From Octopus vulgaris (Eukaryota), in NCBI GenBank assembly GCA_951406725.2, contig OX597818.1, forward strand, positions 103,540,001 to 103,604,000: 64,000 bases of DNA. The letters run 5' to 3'. A model generated the notes under the pieces. The model made no database searches, was not told the origin of the DNA, and was given only the letters and a program-made list of their open reading frames with translations. Shown here one piece after another: positions 40,087-53,190 of the stretch (its first letter is position 1; each line of letters begins with the position of its first letter). Made by a program: the position numbers and the translations under genes.

Positions 40087-41490
40087 ATTACGGTAGTACT
40101 TTGATGCCAATGGTTTGATATCTGTTAATTGCTACAATATTTTGAAAAGAAGACTTATATTTATGAAAATTACTATAATTAATTATAAAAAAAAAACCTG
40201 TATCGGAGTAGATCTATGCCCTCATTTAAACAATACACATTTTTTTATACGTGCCTTTGCATATTCTGTCATATCTTTCACGGATAAATATGTTTGGGAG
40301 AAGGAGAAGTACAAATTATAAGCTAGCCTTCAAGTGTCGAGGGATGAGGATAAATATATAATTTGAATCTGCTTGGAGATATGTCAGTTACTATTACCAG
40401 AATGATTTGAGTAATGTTGGGACATTTTGGCTATATAAACGTCAACAGAATCACCACGTTTTTCTTTTTTCTTTTTCTTTTGAAAATCTTTATATGTGAG
40501 GGCATAAATGAGGCGATGTAACTAATAAAGATATCCTGACAGCAGCTCTGCATGACCTATTCATGCAATGGCGTCGGAAGAGATGCGGAAATCCTATATA
40601 AAACTCAAAACGGCTTAAAGCTAATATTTTCGAAGCCATACTTGCCTGAAAAAGATATGTCAAATCCTTCGGAACGATATGAACGACGTGGAGTAATATT
40701 TTAGCTCGAAGAAAGATAAACAAAATGGAAGTTTAAAAAAAAAACTAATCTAACCGTATATAAATTTCCCATTTCACTTAAAACTGTCGAGAATCTTTAA
40801 TTTTCCAACTGTCGCTGGAAGTTAACATCTTGCGTGCGTGTATGATGAATGCATCTCAGTTGAATGCCACACGAACTTGAATTATAAATTGAACATTTGA
40901 AATATATATATATAAATGAAAAACACTAAACCAAACCTTCTCTTTTAAACCCTATAGAAAACTGAAAAATGATAATTTAGTTTTGTAGGAATAACATGGT
41001 GTGAACGGATACGTTTCATATCTTAGATTATTATAAAGCGTCAATTAATATTCTGTGTTCACGCTAGCAGGTTAACATGTATTAGGTACAACCTACAAAT
41101 ACTAGATGAAAATATATTCAGATGGATGTGTCATTGAATCTGTGTAGCTTGTAGAAAAATTGTGTAGCTTTGTATATGAATATATATTACACATATTTGA
41201 TAATGCAGTATTGCTTTTAGAAATAGCAAACCAAAGAATATAGCTTTTTCACATGGGGATAATATGGTGTATTGGGATTTTGGATATTACATAAGTAGAA
41301 TCATAACAGTAAGAATATCGTATATAATTTTAGAAAACATAAAACAAATTTAGATTGCTGATAAAACAGTTTATAGCGAAAAACTAGAAGCGCAAAAAAC
41401 TAGTAACAGGCATAGAGAATGTAAGAAAGGGACCATTGTGAGAAAATATGAACCTATATATATGTATAAATATATATGTATATGTATATG

Positions 41491-41610
<120 letters not shown>

Positions 41611-42610
41611 GTATGCTGCGGTTCACTTCAAAAGAGAACGAGGGTAATGCTCTTTAATTTTGTTTAGGAACGACTTGTTGCACTGGCCAAACGGTTCAAT
41701 GAACGTCACAGCTGCTATGTGGAGAAGCAGAAATGTGGTAGCTACTTATCGCAGATCTGCTCGTATTTAATAACATCGCCCACAGTCCCTTAACTGAAAA
41801 AAATGTGATTGTTTTGTCTTTGTTTTTTTTTTGTTTTGTTTTTTTGAGATGCATTTTTCTCCTATCTCGTCCATTCGACAGAACTGCACTTTGAGTGATC
41901 TAGATAATTCAGTTAGCATTTAAAATTACATCAAGTGAAGAAATAACTCTATACAACTTGTGCAATGAAGTCTGCAACAATTCTACACGGGCTATTTATA
42001 GACGATTGTCGGAGGGAGGAGCTTCGATGTAATTCAATTTGCTGGTCTGCTATGGACGACCTCAATGATCCACCAGGGTCATGTCCAGAAATTCGGGGTG
42101 CGGCAGTGTTAAAACGAGCTGACATCGCCGGACAGAGATAAACTCTTCTGGCACAGAAATACCGTCAGCCGAGCAAATTAGAGACGCAAGCAATGCGATG
42201 AGATTATTCATCAAGCGTAAGTTTTATTGGTCAACTGCGTTCAAAGGAAACCACTGGGAATATCACCGGACCGCCTTCCTTTCGTCTGAGCATAATAGGC
42301 ATGTTTTTTAACTACCTGATGGACATGCCAAACATGCTTTTTTGGCGAATGAGATGAGCATTCTAATTCGGCAAGCCCTCAGTAACTACGTGGGGTGGTG
42401 GCCGTGGTGGCGGTGGTTATGGTGGCGGTGGTAGTGGTGGTAGCCGCCGCAATTTGCAAGTTTCCTCATTGAGCTGTGGATGGGTGGGATCTGATGAAAT
42501 CAAAACCTCACTCTCTTTAATAGTTAATATTGTTCCCTAATCTAAGCTCTCTGTCCATGGCATACCTTACTCTTTTATCTTTTAGTAAATAACTGACAGA
42601 AGTGGGTTTT

Positions 42611-42660
<50 letters not shown>

Positions 42661-42726
42661 CGTCGCTGGAAAAAGGATATATATATTTGCATGGGGAACC
42701 AATTTTTATCGACACCCGGTGATTGT

Positions 42727-42771
42727 CACACGCTGATGACGGGTCATTACCCAGAAACTCGAGTCCGAGTG
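42727..42771 (+). ncRNA. Minimal type-I hammerhead ribozyme (near-canonical)
   Basis: CACACG-CTGATGA(42733-39)-C-GGGT-CATT-ACCC-A-GAAA(42754-57)-CTCGAG-TC(cut after 42765)-CGAGTG. Stem I has 5/6 pairs; palindromic stem III ACTCGAGT; C.A mismatch at base of stem II. Confidence 0.72.
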
Positions 42772-42949
42772 TATTATGTCAGGTTGAAATAGTGTGTCAA
42801 TAGTCAGCTGGAGGAGGTGTCCGCCGGGGAATACAAGCTACAGTAGCATCCACTTTTAAAGGTTAACCACATTTAAGTAGCAAATATACTTCATGATGTC
42901 GTGCAGCTTGTGTTTATAACTTCCTCAGAGATTTATTATTATTATTATT

Positions 42950-43000
<51 letters not shown>

Positions 43001-43817
43001 CTTTTAAAGTTTTACTTCCTCTGGCCCGGCTTTTCATGTGACTCTGTTTAGTTTCTCTACCTCTATTCTCTACCTGTTCTCTAAATAGTCTCGTAGATAT
43101 TGCTTCCTTTAAGAGAGAATATTCCTTCTTTTAAAAATAACAACCCAAACATATATAATTCAGCCTCTTTGAACTTTCTTAAACCTTATTTCTCCCGTGA
43201 CGTTTCAAGCATAAACGGTCGACATATTTTTGGGATGTACCATTCTGAACTTTCTGGGTACCTTCCTCGGTTTCCCAGAGATATTTCAATCCCTAATTGA
43301 AGCATTATTGATGCTGCTTACGCCATGTTGATTGCCTCTTTGCTGTTCCTCGCATTAATTTTAGAATTCAAAATATTCATTCTGTGAAAGTATTCTTTAA
43401 TGGGGTATTCCTTCATTTCTGTGTTCTTGGTTTTATTGCTTAACAATATTGGCAAATTCAGATATGTATATGTCTATGTTCCCTGCAAAGGTATATCATC
43501 TTCAGATATTTTCCAATAATTTTTTATGGCTTTTCCCAACTGCATCTCTGCCATAACGTATTTGTTGATTCTCAATACCATCTAAATATTTCTACTAAAT
43601 ATTCTTACAAGAAACCCAACAGTTTCGTTTCTTTCTATGAAGCTTTAGATCCGGCATAACTACATAATTTAGTTTTCCTCTTCTTTTTCCCATTGAGAAT
43701 CCTTCCTTAACTCTGCTTAGAGTAATTTACAAATGGGTTTCTTCGATTCCAAAAATATGGGAGAGAAGTTGTCTCTTTGAAATTACTTTTTCCTTATACG
43801 TAAGTCTAAAAATAATG

Positions 43818-44010
43818 TAGTTCTATATTTAAGAGATGAGGAATTATGTACCTTATTTACAACATTTACATTATTTACATTTGATGGATATTTGTCCTCG
43901 TATCGTTTGTTGTTAACGTTTCGGTTGATATACCCTCTAGCCTTCATCAGGTATATTGGGTGAATTTCGAACATGGGTTTTCATTCCTAAGGTGTTTTTC
44001 GATGTTATTG

Positions 44011-44076
<66 letters not shown>

Positions 44077-44362
44077 TATGTTTGACTTTTGCTTTATATT
44101 TGTACAAGTTGGCTCCAAGTCTCACCCAGAGACCTCAAGAGACAACAGGGTTGGAAGTTCATGTTGTTGTTATGCCTAGTGTGCCATATATTTGGGTGGG
44201 GGGGATGTTGTACTAATGAATGTCTAAAAAAAAAGGGTTTTTTTTTAAACCGAAAATTATGTTTGTTTTGAACCTTGAAATTACATAGAGAGTATTTTGC
44301 GTAGGATATGAGCAGTTCCCATGAGCACTCAAGTTTTAACATCCAGTCCTCAGAGTTTTTCA

Positions 44363-44429
<67 letters not shown>

Positions 44430-44492
44430 TATCTGCCTGGAATCGAACTCAGAATCTTGGGGTTAGTAGTCCGCGCTCTTAACCACTACGCC
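43818..44492 (-). mobile_element. Composite element (tRNA-like head + (AAT)n + hammerhead-bearing tail), left arm
   Basis: Minus strand: GGCGTAGTGGTTAAGAGCGCGG..GAGTTCGATTCCAGGCAG head (44426-44492), (AAT)n, then tail with CTGATGA-A-GGCT..AACC-GAAA-CG-TT (43915-43950). Confidence 0.75.
44076..44363 (-). mobile_element. 3' end of an R4/Dong-clade (RLE) non-LTR retrotransposon inserted in (TAA)n
   Basis: 44281-44328(-) translates VLMGTAHILRKILSM*, the typical Dong/R4 C-terminus. (TAA)n on both sides. Confidence 0.75.
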
Positions 44493-44495
44493 CAC

Positions 44496-44565
44496 GGGCA
44501 TATAGCGTAATGGTTAAGAGTGCGGGCAACTAACCGAAGATTCTGAGTTCGATGCCAGGCAGTGA

Positions 44566-44601
<36 letters not shown>

Positions 44602-44648
44602 TAATAATAATGATAATAATAATAATAATAACAACAACAACAACAACA

Positions 44649-44703
<55 letters not shown>

Positions 44704-44726
44704 TGACGATGATGATGATGATGATG

Positions 44727-44771
<45 letters not shown>

Positions 44772-44930
44772 CATCTAAAAATACCTTGGAATGAACCCAG
44801 GTCCGAAATTCCCCCAAGATACCTGAGAGTATATCAGCCGAAACGTTGTGTTAACAACAAACAAGATGAGGACAAATATCTGTCAAATGTAAATAGAGAA
44901 AATAATGTCCTTCCTTATCTTAACAATACT
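44496..44930 (+). mobile_element. Composite element (tRNA-like head + trinucleotide microsatellite + hammerhead-bearing tail), right arm
   Basis: TAGCGTAATGGTTAAGAG (A box)..GAGTTCGATGCC (B box); (AAT)(AAC)(GAC)(GAT)(AAT) tract; tail with AGCC-GAAA-CG-TT-GTGTT (44836-44852), homologous to the left arm. Confidence 0.75.
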
Positions 44931-45412
44931 CGCCAATGCCGCATTGGATTTCTAAAACACACCCGAAATATTTCAGGATCCTGAATACTTCGAATACCCA
45001 TGCATCGTACATTTTACTGTAATCAGTAGACTTGATGCAAAAGTTTTGTCAATCCCTTCATATAGTGGCTTTTAGTTCACTTCGAATTGTTTTCGACAGC
45101 CTTCCTTTTCATACCGTATTAGACGTGTTGGTATACATTTCCTTGAATTATACATTATGTTAGACGTTTCCATATTTGTAGTAGATTTTGTTTGCTAATA
45201 CCATGCGATTTTACGTTCAATTCATTTTTCATTTTTTGCTCGGTTTACCCTATTTTAACTACATTTGTATAATCCATTTTCATGTGTGCTTATTTGCTTG
45301 TATCAGTAGGACATTATAAATCTCATAAACCAATGCAACTAGTAACACTGGAAAAGGTCTCATCCAGCACGTATTCACCAGCCTAGATTTTTAATTCCTT
45401 GAGAACATTATA

Positions 45413-46080
45413 TAGTGTGTTCAAAAAATCGCTCCGGGATCTTTTCGGTTTGAACGGCAGTTTTTAACATAATTTCTAGGTAACTAAAAAATTTGGAACT
45501 TCGTATACAGGTAGAATGTTTTTATGAAACATCTTTTTCTCTTGGCTTTATTGAGAAAATTCTACAGTTTGTAAGATATTTGTTGTTGTTTTTTTCTTTA
45601 ATTTCTCCAATTTCAACCAATCAATGACGTACATTGAGGTAAACAACATTCTGTGCCATATGAATATCTCCCTCGTTTAAGAAATAGATTGGGTTAATTT
45701 ATATTTCTGAAGAAAAAAAATACCCTTCCCCCCACCCCTAACCCTAACCCTAACCCTAAAACAGATTGAAATGCAATACATCGATACTAGGGTCATAATT
45801 ATAGGTGACAATTTCATGACACCGCTAGAAAAAAACTGCCGTTCAAACCGAAAAGATCCTCTCTCCGCTGTATGTATTTCATTACAAATTAAATATTTAT
45901 AAGATGCTATGTGACTACAAACGGATATATTAGACTTTACAAGATTTTAAAAAACGTTAGAAGAGGTTTAGAAAGAGTATTCTTTATTAATTTCAGGTTC
46001 AGTGAGTTGGCCTACAAATGGAAAGACTATATTTGAGCAGTGAAAAACAATCACTGCGGTGAGACTTTTTGAACACCCTA
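45413..46080. mobile_element. Tc1/mariner-type MITE (~237 bp without the insert), interrupted in its left TIR
   Basis: TA|TAGTGTGTTCAAAAAATC..CTCCGCTGT and CACTGCGGTGAGACTTTTTGAACACCCTA|TA. Confidence 0.7.
45436..45860. mobile_element. Non-autonomous TIR element (GGGATC.. termini) with internal (CCCTAA)n and apparent 6-bp TSD
   Basis: TIRs GGGATCTTTTCGGTTTGAACGGCAGTTTTT / AAAAACTGCCGTTCAAACCGAAAAGATCCT; flanks CGCTCC / CTCTCC; CCCTAA x4 at ~45736-45758. Confidence 0.88.
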
Positions 46081-46329
46081 TATATTTTTGTACTTCAGTA
46101 TGTTCGACTTCCTTTATTCATTGTAAATTCTTTTTTTTCTTTGACACTTTTTTTTCACACGTTTCTTCCTCACATAATTTACTGTCTTCAGCTTTCGGTG
46201 ATCAGTTTTCTTGTCTCTCATTTTCTGAAAGAATTCCATTTTAATTCTACTTTGATTGGAAAATGCGATTTTGTTTCTATTGGTGGTTTCGTTTGTACCT
46301 TCTTTTGTACTTAGGCTGCCTTATATATT

Positions 46330-46392
<63 letters not shown>

Positions 46393-46620
46393 ACTGCTGC
46401 TGCTACTACAACTGATTTTGTTATTATTATTTTTTTATTATTATCATTACCATCATAGTGAGTGCATTAGGTATGATAAAAAATATTGAGGCAAATACAT
46501 AACATAAACACGAGGGCTAACAACTATATATAGCATACATAAATTAGCACTAATACGCACCGTACACATCTTACGTAAAGTTCGTGATAAAGATGATGAT
46601 AATAATAATAATAATAATAA

Positions 46621-46651
<31 letters not shown>

Positions 46652-46785
46652 AAGAAGAAGAAGAAGAAGAAGAAGAAGAAGAAGAAGAAGAAGAAGAAGA
46701 AGAAGAAGAAGGAGAGGAAGAAGAAGAAGAAGAAGAAGAAGAAGAAGAAGAAGAAGAAGAAGAAGAAGAAGAAGAAGAAGAAGAA
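46330..46785. repeat. (ACT)n and (AAT)n-(AAG)n microsatellites
   Basis: Direct reading: 46330-46393 (ACT)n and 46600-46785 (AAT)/(AAG)n. Confidence 0.95.
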
Positions 46786-46839
46786 GGGGTAATTTGGCAG
46801 AGAATATGTAATAAAAATCGTAATAATAATAAAAAGGGG

Positions 46840-46975
46840 TAATTTGGCGGAAAATATATTTAGCGGCATGGTGTCCGAATTTGTGTTTCGACAAATTCCA
46901 CTGCGGTCGACTTTGCCTTTCTTCCTACCGAGATCGGTAATATAAGTATCAGGTGAGCACTAGGGTCGATACATT
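46840..46975 (+). mobile_element. Decayed family C (Nin-domain) SINE
   Basis: TAGCGGCAT..CAAATTCCACTGCGGTCGACTTTGCCTT..TATAAGTATCAG..TAGGGTCGAT. Confidence 0.6.
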
Positions 46976-48974
46976 CAACAAAATCCATTCTCCAAATTTC
47001 GTGACTTATGCCTATCCTGATTTAGTAGGACAAAAGTTTTTTCGATTTGTTTCGACAATTTTATGTTGAGTGTTGAAAATATGACGATGATCATTTTTCG
47101 TTTCATCTTCTTAGGTTCAATATGATAAAAAGTATTTTCATGTATTTTCTCGATGGTATCAGCTACTTCCATCAAAACAGCTGACCTTGTTCCCAAATCA
47201 GGATCTACTACTACTGCATATGTATTTCGTCATACATTATGATTGGGAAATGATGCATTCACTTTTGAGATGTAGCAAAATTTTGCTGAGTGAATTATAT
47301 TACTGCTGCTGTTGTAGCTTTCATCATTAGATAATCCAAAAGCTTGGGCGAATTTCGTTGTCAAGATAATATACTGCCTAGTTTGTTCGCTAGTAATAAA
47401 CATACGAACTTTGATTCCAGAAAGTTTCGACTTATTCGTGTTCAAGAAATTCCCCATTTTATATTAAATGTTCCCAGTTTTCCTCAGATTTCAGGTGGGA
47501 TATATGCAAGAAGCCATTTCCCCGAGTAACCATCGGGTAGTCTTAAATTTCAATTGCTTGCAAAATGAAAGAGATGTAATAGTTGTGAACAAAATATGGG
47601 TAAATGTGTTCAAACTCTCCCTCAAGCTGGAAATGAATGACAAACACAGCAATATGCTTTACGTCCAAACGATAATGCTTTATGTCTAATAAGTTGGTAA
47701 CGTTGCAATATTAATAACTGCCTTCCGAACCTGTTCATTGATACGCAAGAACCTTCAAACTGCTCTTGTTCTTCTGACGTTCAGAATATGGGCGTGGAAC
47801 ATGTGGTTCTTGGTACATTATCCTATTTTAGGACGTTGCTGGTATCATTGTCTATGACTTTTAAGATTGATGTTGTGGAGTCCCATAGATAGAGAGGTAC
47901 ATTGCGGATAGGATTTCAAATGCATTAACAGCTTTGGTGATATTCTTTCATCAGAGAAACTTCAAAAATGTGTTTGATTCATTCAAATCATACACATTCT
48001 TATAGATTTGATACATGGTTTTGCAGTAATTAATATTCTAGCTTTTATAGAAAATCATCTTTCTTCCTCGCGATTTTAAATTATTTAAGCGAGAGCTGTA
48101 TTTGGCAATTATTCTGTATTTGTCCTGGCTGAATGACCTCTCAATGCCTTGTTAAATAGCATGGAATTACTGTTTAGTCCATGGAAGTGAGGGTTATTTG
48201 CAACAAATTCTTGTGACCATCAATTCCATGGACATAGCGACCTTAGATTTGGCCTCGCACTCACTCTATACTAATACATATTTGTTTTTTATAGCACTTT
48301 CAAAGGCAATTATCATAATCGTTAATCAAAATTATACGTATTGTCAATTCGGTATATCGTAGTTGATATTTCGGTGAGGCTTGATTTCAGGGAGAGCTTA
48401 CGCACCGCAAGAACTTACCAATATCTCACTTCATTGAATGGACAATGACAGCAACAGGAAATCGTTGCTCTTTATTAATGCGAATATCCATAACAATTGA
48501 TAACTCAGCGTACCGTGCAGAGGTCCTATAGTTAGAACCACGGTCGTTATGGAGCTTATCTTAATAGTTTCCATTTCTGCACTGGTGTATACGGAACAAC
48601 TTCATTGACGCAAAATATAGTTACAATTAATAAATTTGGTAGAACTATATGAATAATATTAATTATATATGCAGTAATAGCCAATGATCAATGAAGTTTT
48701 AATGGATTATTTAAATGTTAATAACCAATTTGGAATTGAACCAAAACATCATGTAAACAGCATAAGTTTTGTTCTTAACTATCCACAGCCATCGCATATT
48801 TGAGCGGACAGAGTTTATACCATCAGCCGCAGCATTCAATTTGTACGCTATTTTAGCGATCTCGAACAGAGGATGAGATAATTTGACATCGTCACGATTT
48901 GAAATCATAAATTAAAGAAATGAGAAAATGTCAAATTGTTGTACCGTGTAAGCATCCCAAAATAGGAGTAGTAG

Positions 48975-49520
48975 GTTATATCGACCCATAAAACTCGTAT
49001 TTTACTTTATCGATCTAACAGGTGGAAGGTGAAAATGGCCTAGGTGAGATTTCAGCTCAGAACTAAAATCAAAAACGGAAGAAATGCAATTAAAAAGCTT
49101 CTACTTAGTAACATTTCTGACAGCTCTCTGCATTCGGTCAAATTAAAATAATTCTGTTCACTTTTGTCACAGGGAAAGAAATGTTGATTTTTAGGGGGCA
49201 AGTCAGTTATATTGATTGCAGCCCTTGACTGGTACATATGTTATTGACCCCGAAACAACGAAAGACAAGATCGCATACAGCGAAATTTCAAATGAGAATC
49301 TAAATAAAAGGAAGAACTACCCGAAGTGTTTTCCCGGCACAGTTCTCACAGGCTAGCACAAGGGAAGACATTTTGAGGGAGAACTTAGTCAACTACAACG
49401 ACCCACAATATTCAACTCGCACTTACATATATTGGCAATCATGGCGGACTTTTGACCTAGAAATTATAGGTGCCGGGCGGAAAAAATGGCTCTAAATATT
49501 TGATCTGAATCGTAAAAATT
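48975..49520 (-). mobile_element. Cluster of about three decayed family C SINE remnants
   Basis: Repeated TCGACCC..TTTATCGA/TTGACCCCGAAA..GAAAGACAAG..GAAATT..AGAA motifs at ~48980, ~49220 and ~49400. Confidence 0.5.
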
Positions 49521-52500
49521 GTACCGTCCTTCTGCCGCTCGGATGGATGCTGTCGTAAGCTCTCAAATGCTCCACAATTTGATACAAAAAAAATACCTTC
49601 GAAAGTAAGGTCATTTGTAGCTACTTTGAAATTGTCAATCAATATTCCAATCACCTAATTTCATTTATTATACTACTAATAAAAAAGGTCATCACCAGAC
49701 TTAATAGAAGTAGTACCTATATTTCCTTTAAATCAAAGGCATCATGATCAAAATACATACTATCTCAGACCAAACAATTTCACTTATACATATAAGTTTT
49801 AATTGTACAGTATTTTTTTGATAAACGATAATTACAAATACAGAATGTAGGGCGTACACTTTTACTCATAGATGTTACCAATCAAGAATCACGTGCAGTA
49901 AATCGATGGCGAAGATTTGTTCCTTCCACTGATTCATATCGTAGACGTTGTTAAAACGAGAATTCTAAGAATACATTGTAAACGCTGAAATACGAAAGAT
50001 ATTGAAGCTGATAATCATTATTTGTGGCAACAGTTATCCAGGAGAAAGCTTTTAACGTCCATATGATTTGCTAACCTCATTCATCAGTGTTGTTTCATAG
50101 TATTTAACTAATTTAACCGTCAAACCGCCACTGTGCATTTTGAAATTTCATGATTTCGTGGTTTGCACTAATAAATCATCTTTGGTGACAGGTATATATA
50201 TTTTCTTATTTCACTGACGAATATGTATGTTTGTATTTTTTTTTATTCCACCTTCATCTTTTGTTTCTTCAAAATTTTCATTTTTGTTGGCAGGCTGAGA
50301 AAGATATGATGTGTAAATGAATCAAAGGTGTTCAAAAATTTAAGTGAACAAGCAGAGTAACTGTAACAATGTGCAAGCCAATAAATCCTCAAATAAATTC
50401 AGTGTTGCAATGGATGTTAACGCATGAAAACACTGATCCTTCTTCCAGCAACAATTTGAAGAGAATTTGGTATCATACTTTACCTTTTCCTATATACACT
50501 CAGCACGCACATACACGCTCACACACACACGCGCACAAAGACACAAAGACACACACACACATACACACATACACACACATACAAGCAGAGAAATATTAGG
50601 TTGAATCAAGGTTAAGCATAAAAACAATATTTTAATACAGGAAGCTATTTACTTGTTCTTTAATTTTGAAAATTTTCTCTTTTAAATTATTATTTTTCAT
50701 TTATTAGACAATTGTAAATATTTCTGTGATATAAATTGTGGTTTTAGGCATTCTAAAAGGCTGAAATTAAAGGCACATAGATTTCATTGCTACTGGAGTA
50801 GTAGCAATGAAACATTCTTTGGGTACTTAATTAAGTTTAATTAATTCCTGATGTGAAATCGTGATGGCTTTGAATTTGTCGTTCACTTACAGGGCTGAGA
50901 TAAACATTACCTCGCATATAATTTTTTGACCAAACACATATGATTGTCCCATTGCTGATTCATAATATTCCCCAAATTACGAGGGGCAGTTATATAAATT
51001 ACTATACATAATTTTTGGGGAAATCTAAACTGAACCACAGCAAATTGTTGTATTGTTATATTTAAAGAAAACCTTATGTAATTGCTTCAAGATACATCAA
51101 TGATGTAAGATTAATATATTTCAATCACACTTTCTGCTTCATGATGTATTCTGTATTTCTGGTACATGTTTCATATCATTCACTTCCATCGTTTGAAAAC
51201 GTACCTGACAGCTACGCAACGTTATATTTGCAAACTAGATAGCAATGTCATATTAATTAGACTGTACCGCTCAGTATTATCAGATTGTTAAAAATTATAA
51301 AATGTATTTATTGGAATCATCAAACTCTAGCCATTTTTATTTCAGTTTTGTACCTGGAGCCAGCATACTTAAAGATATATCGCAGCTAGTGCACAATGAT
51401 AAATGTGCTGTTGTTGAGCATATGTTACGTGAACTAATCCTGAAGCATCCTGTATTATGCTGCAATGATCAATCTTGAGTAAATGTTAGGAAAAACCTGC
51501 TGTAAAATATCTTGGAAGTATTTATATCATGAGCTGCAGCTACATCTCAAAAGATTTAAAGATACAATTCACTTGCCTAAACGTTTCCTGGTTTTAATTG
51601 GTTTTAATCAAATAGGTTACTTTGTGACTAGAATCTTTATGAAATGTAAATTTACATTTTTAGAAATACATATGATATTACTTTCTTAAAATAACAAGAC
51701 ATGATAGTACATTTTATATAACAATTAGATTTCTCCTGGTGTTCAAAAGCCCAAATAATTAAATTATTTGCAATCCATTTCTGATGTAAGTGATCAGCAT
51801 CCATTGACCGGTGGATTAGCAGTGGGTGAAGAATTGAAATCTATGTTGCTGTATTTAAAGCGTCGATAAAATTGAAAATCCCACTTTTTATACTGATGTA
51901 CTAAATTTACTGTAGTTAAGATATAAATGTCACAGAAATCGGCAAAATTTATGCTACTATAGATGTAACAGAAATCGGTAAAAGTTATAAGATAAACATC
52001 TATGTATATAATATACATCTGTCCACATTTGAAATCCTCGTTATCGCTTAATCAGTGACGGCGGACATCTCATATTAATAACATCACGCAATCATGTACA
52101 TTTATCGGGCATTTACATGTTTGGCTCAGGAAAGGTATGCTTTATATTTTTAATGGGAATTTAAAATCATTCATTTACTTATATCATTCAATATAGCCTT
52201 AACCTTAAATGTACGCTGTACAGAATGTTTTTATCAATAACACCGATGAGAGATGACGTTATTTGTCTAGGTATTAATTATCAAAAATTCCGATAACAGA
52301 ATTATGTTGCAACGATTAACATTGCCTACACACATTTCTATCGACCTTGCGCAGTCGTATTGATTGTCAAATGTTTCTCTGTACTTTGGCACACTCTATA
52401 GCTTTCAGTTATTGATAATATAGACGCGATATGATGGTGAATGCGGAGAGAAGATATCATCAACATGCACTTCAATTTTCTCACTTTTAACCCCTTGATA

Positions 52501-53190
52501 AACTTTAGTTTAATAAGCCCAGAAAACAACCACAAAAATCCTGATAACATTAATGATATGCACTATATCAAGAATTATGACAATGTGTCCAACAACCAAT
52601 ATTTTTCCAGAGAATTATGCGATGGCTCTCTGTTGGGCTATAAATATCGTTCGTCATGTGAATGTTAGAATGACAGTAGAGAAATCTAATTGAGATTTGA
52701 TTGTTAACATAACCATATTATTTCATATTATAATCATTCCCACAACGTCTCATAATTTTATATCTAAACATTTGTGCATCCCGTATTGGAACATGTCTTG
52801 TAAGGTTATCGATGAAATTACAGCAGTGTCATTTGTTTTATGAAAAGGAATTTTTTATCTTCTTTTATATCCTACATCGCAGCTGCTGCACGTTCATATA
52901 TCCTTAAGAGCAATTTTATTTCCATTTCATACTAGACGCCTTTTACCAGCTTCCTAAATTACATTTCTCAGGAATATTGTATTAGTAATGCTTTATATAA
53001 TATTTCGGATCTTTACCTTTTAACCTACAGATTTAAAAACTAATTTTTTGTAACTAAACACTGTCAAACTTCGGACACTGTTAGAATGTGCCATATAAAA
53101 CCTACTTCTGAAGTTATTATGCAAATGTTTGAATTATATTTTACAGTGTTAATAATACGTTTTTGTTATTTTGCAGGTCATAATATAATC

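Noticed and set aside
44426-44569. Two tRNA genes
   Set aside because: A and B boxes are present but I find no acceptor stem or terminator; they are tRNA-derived heads of a repeat.
45736-45758. Interstitial telomere / chromosome fusion scar
   Set aside because: Only about four units, internal to a TIR element.
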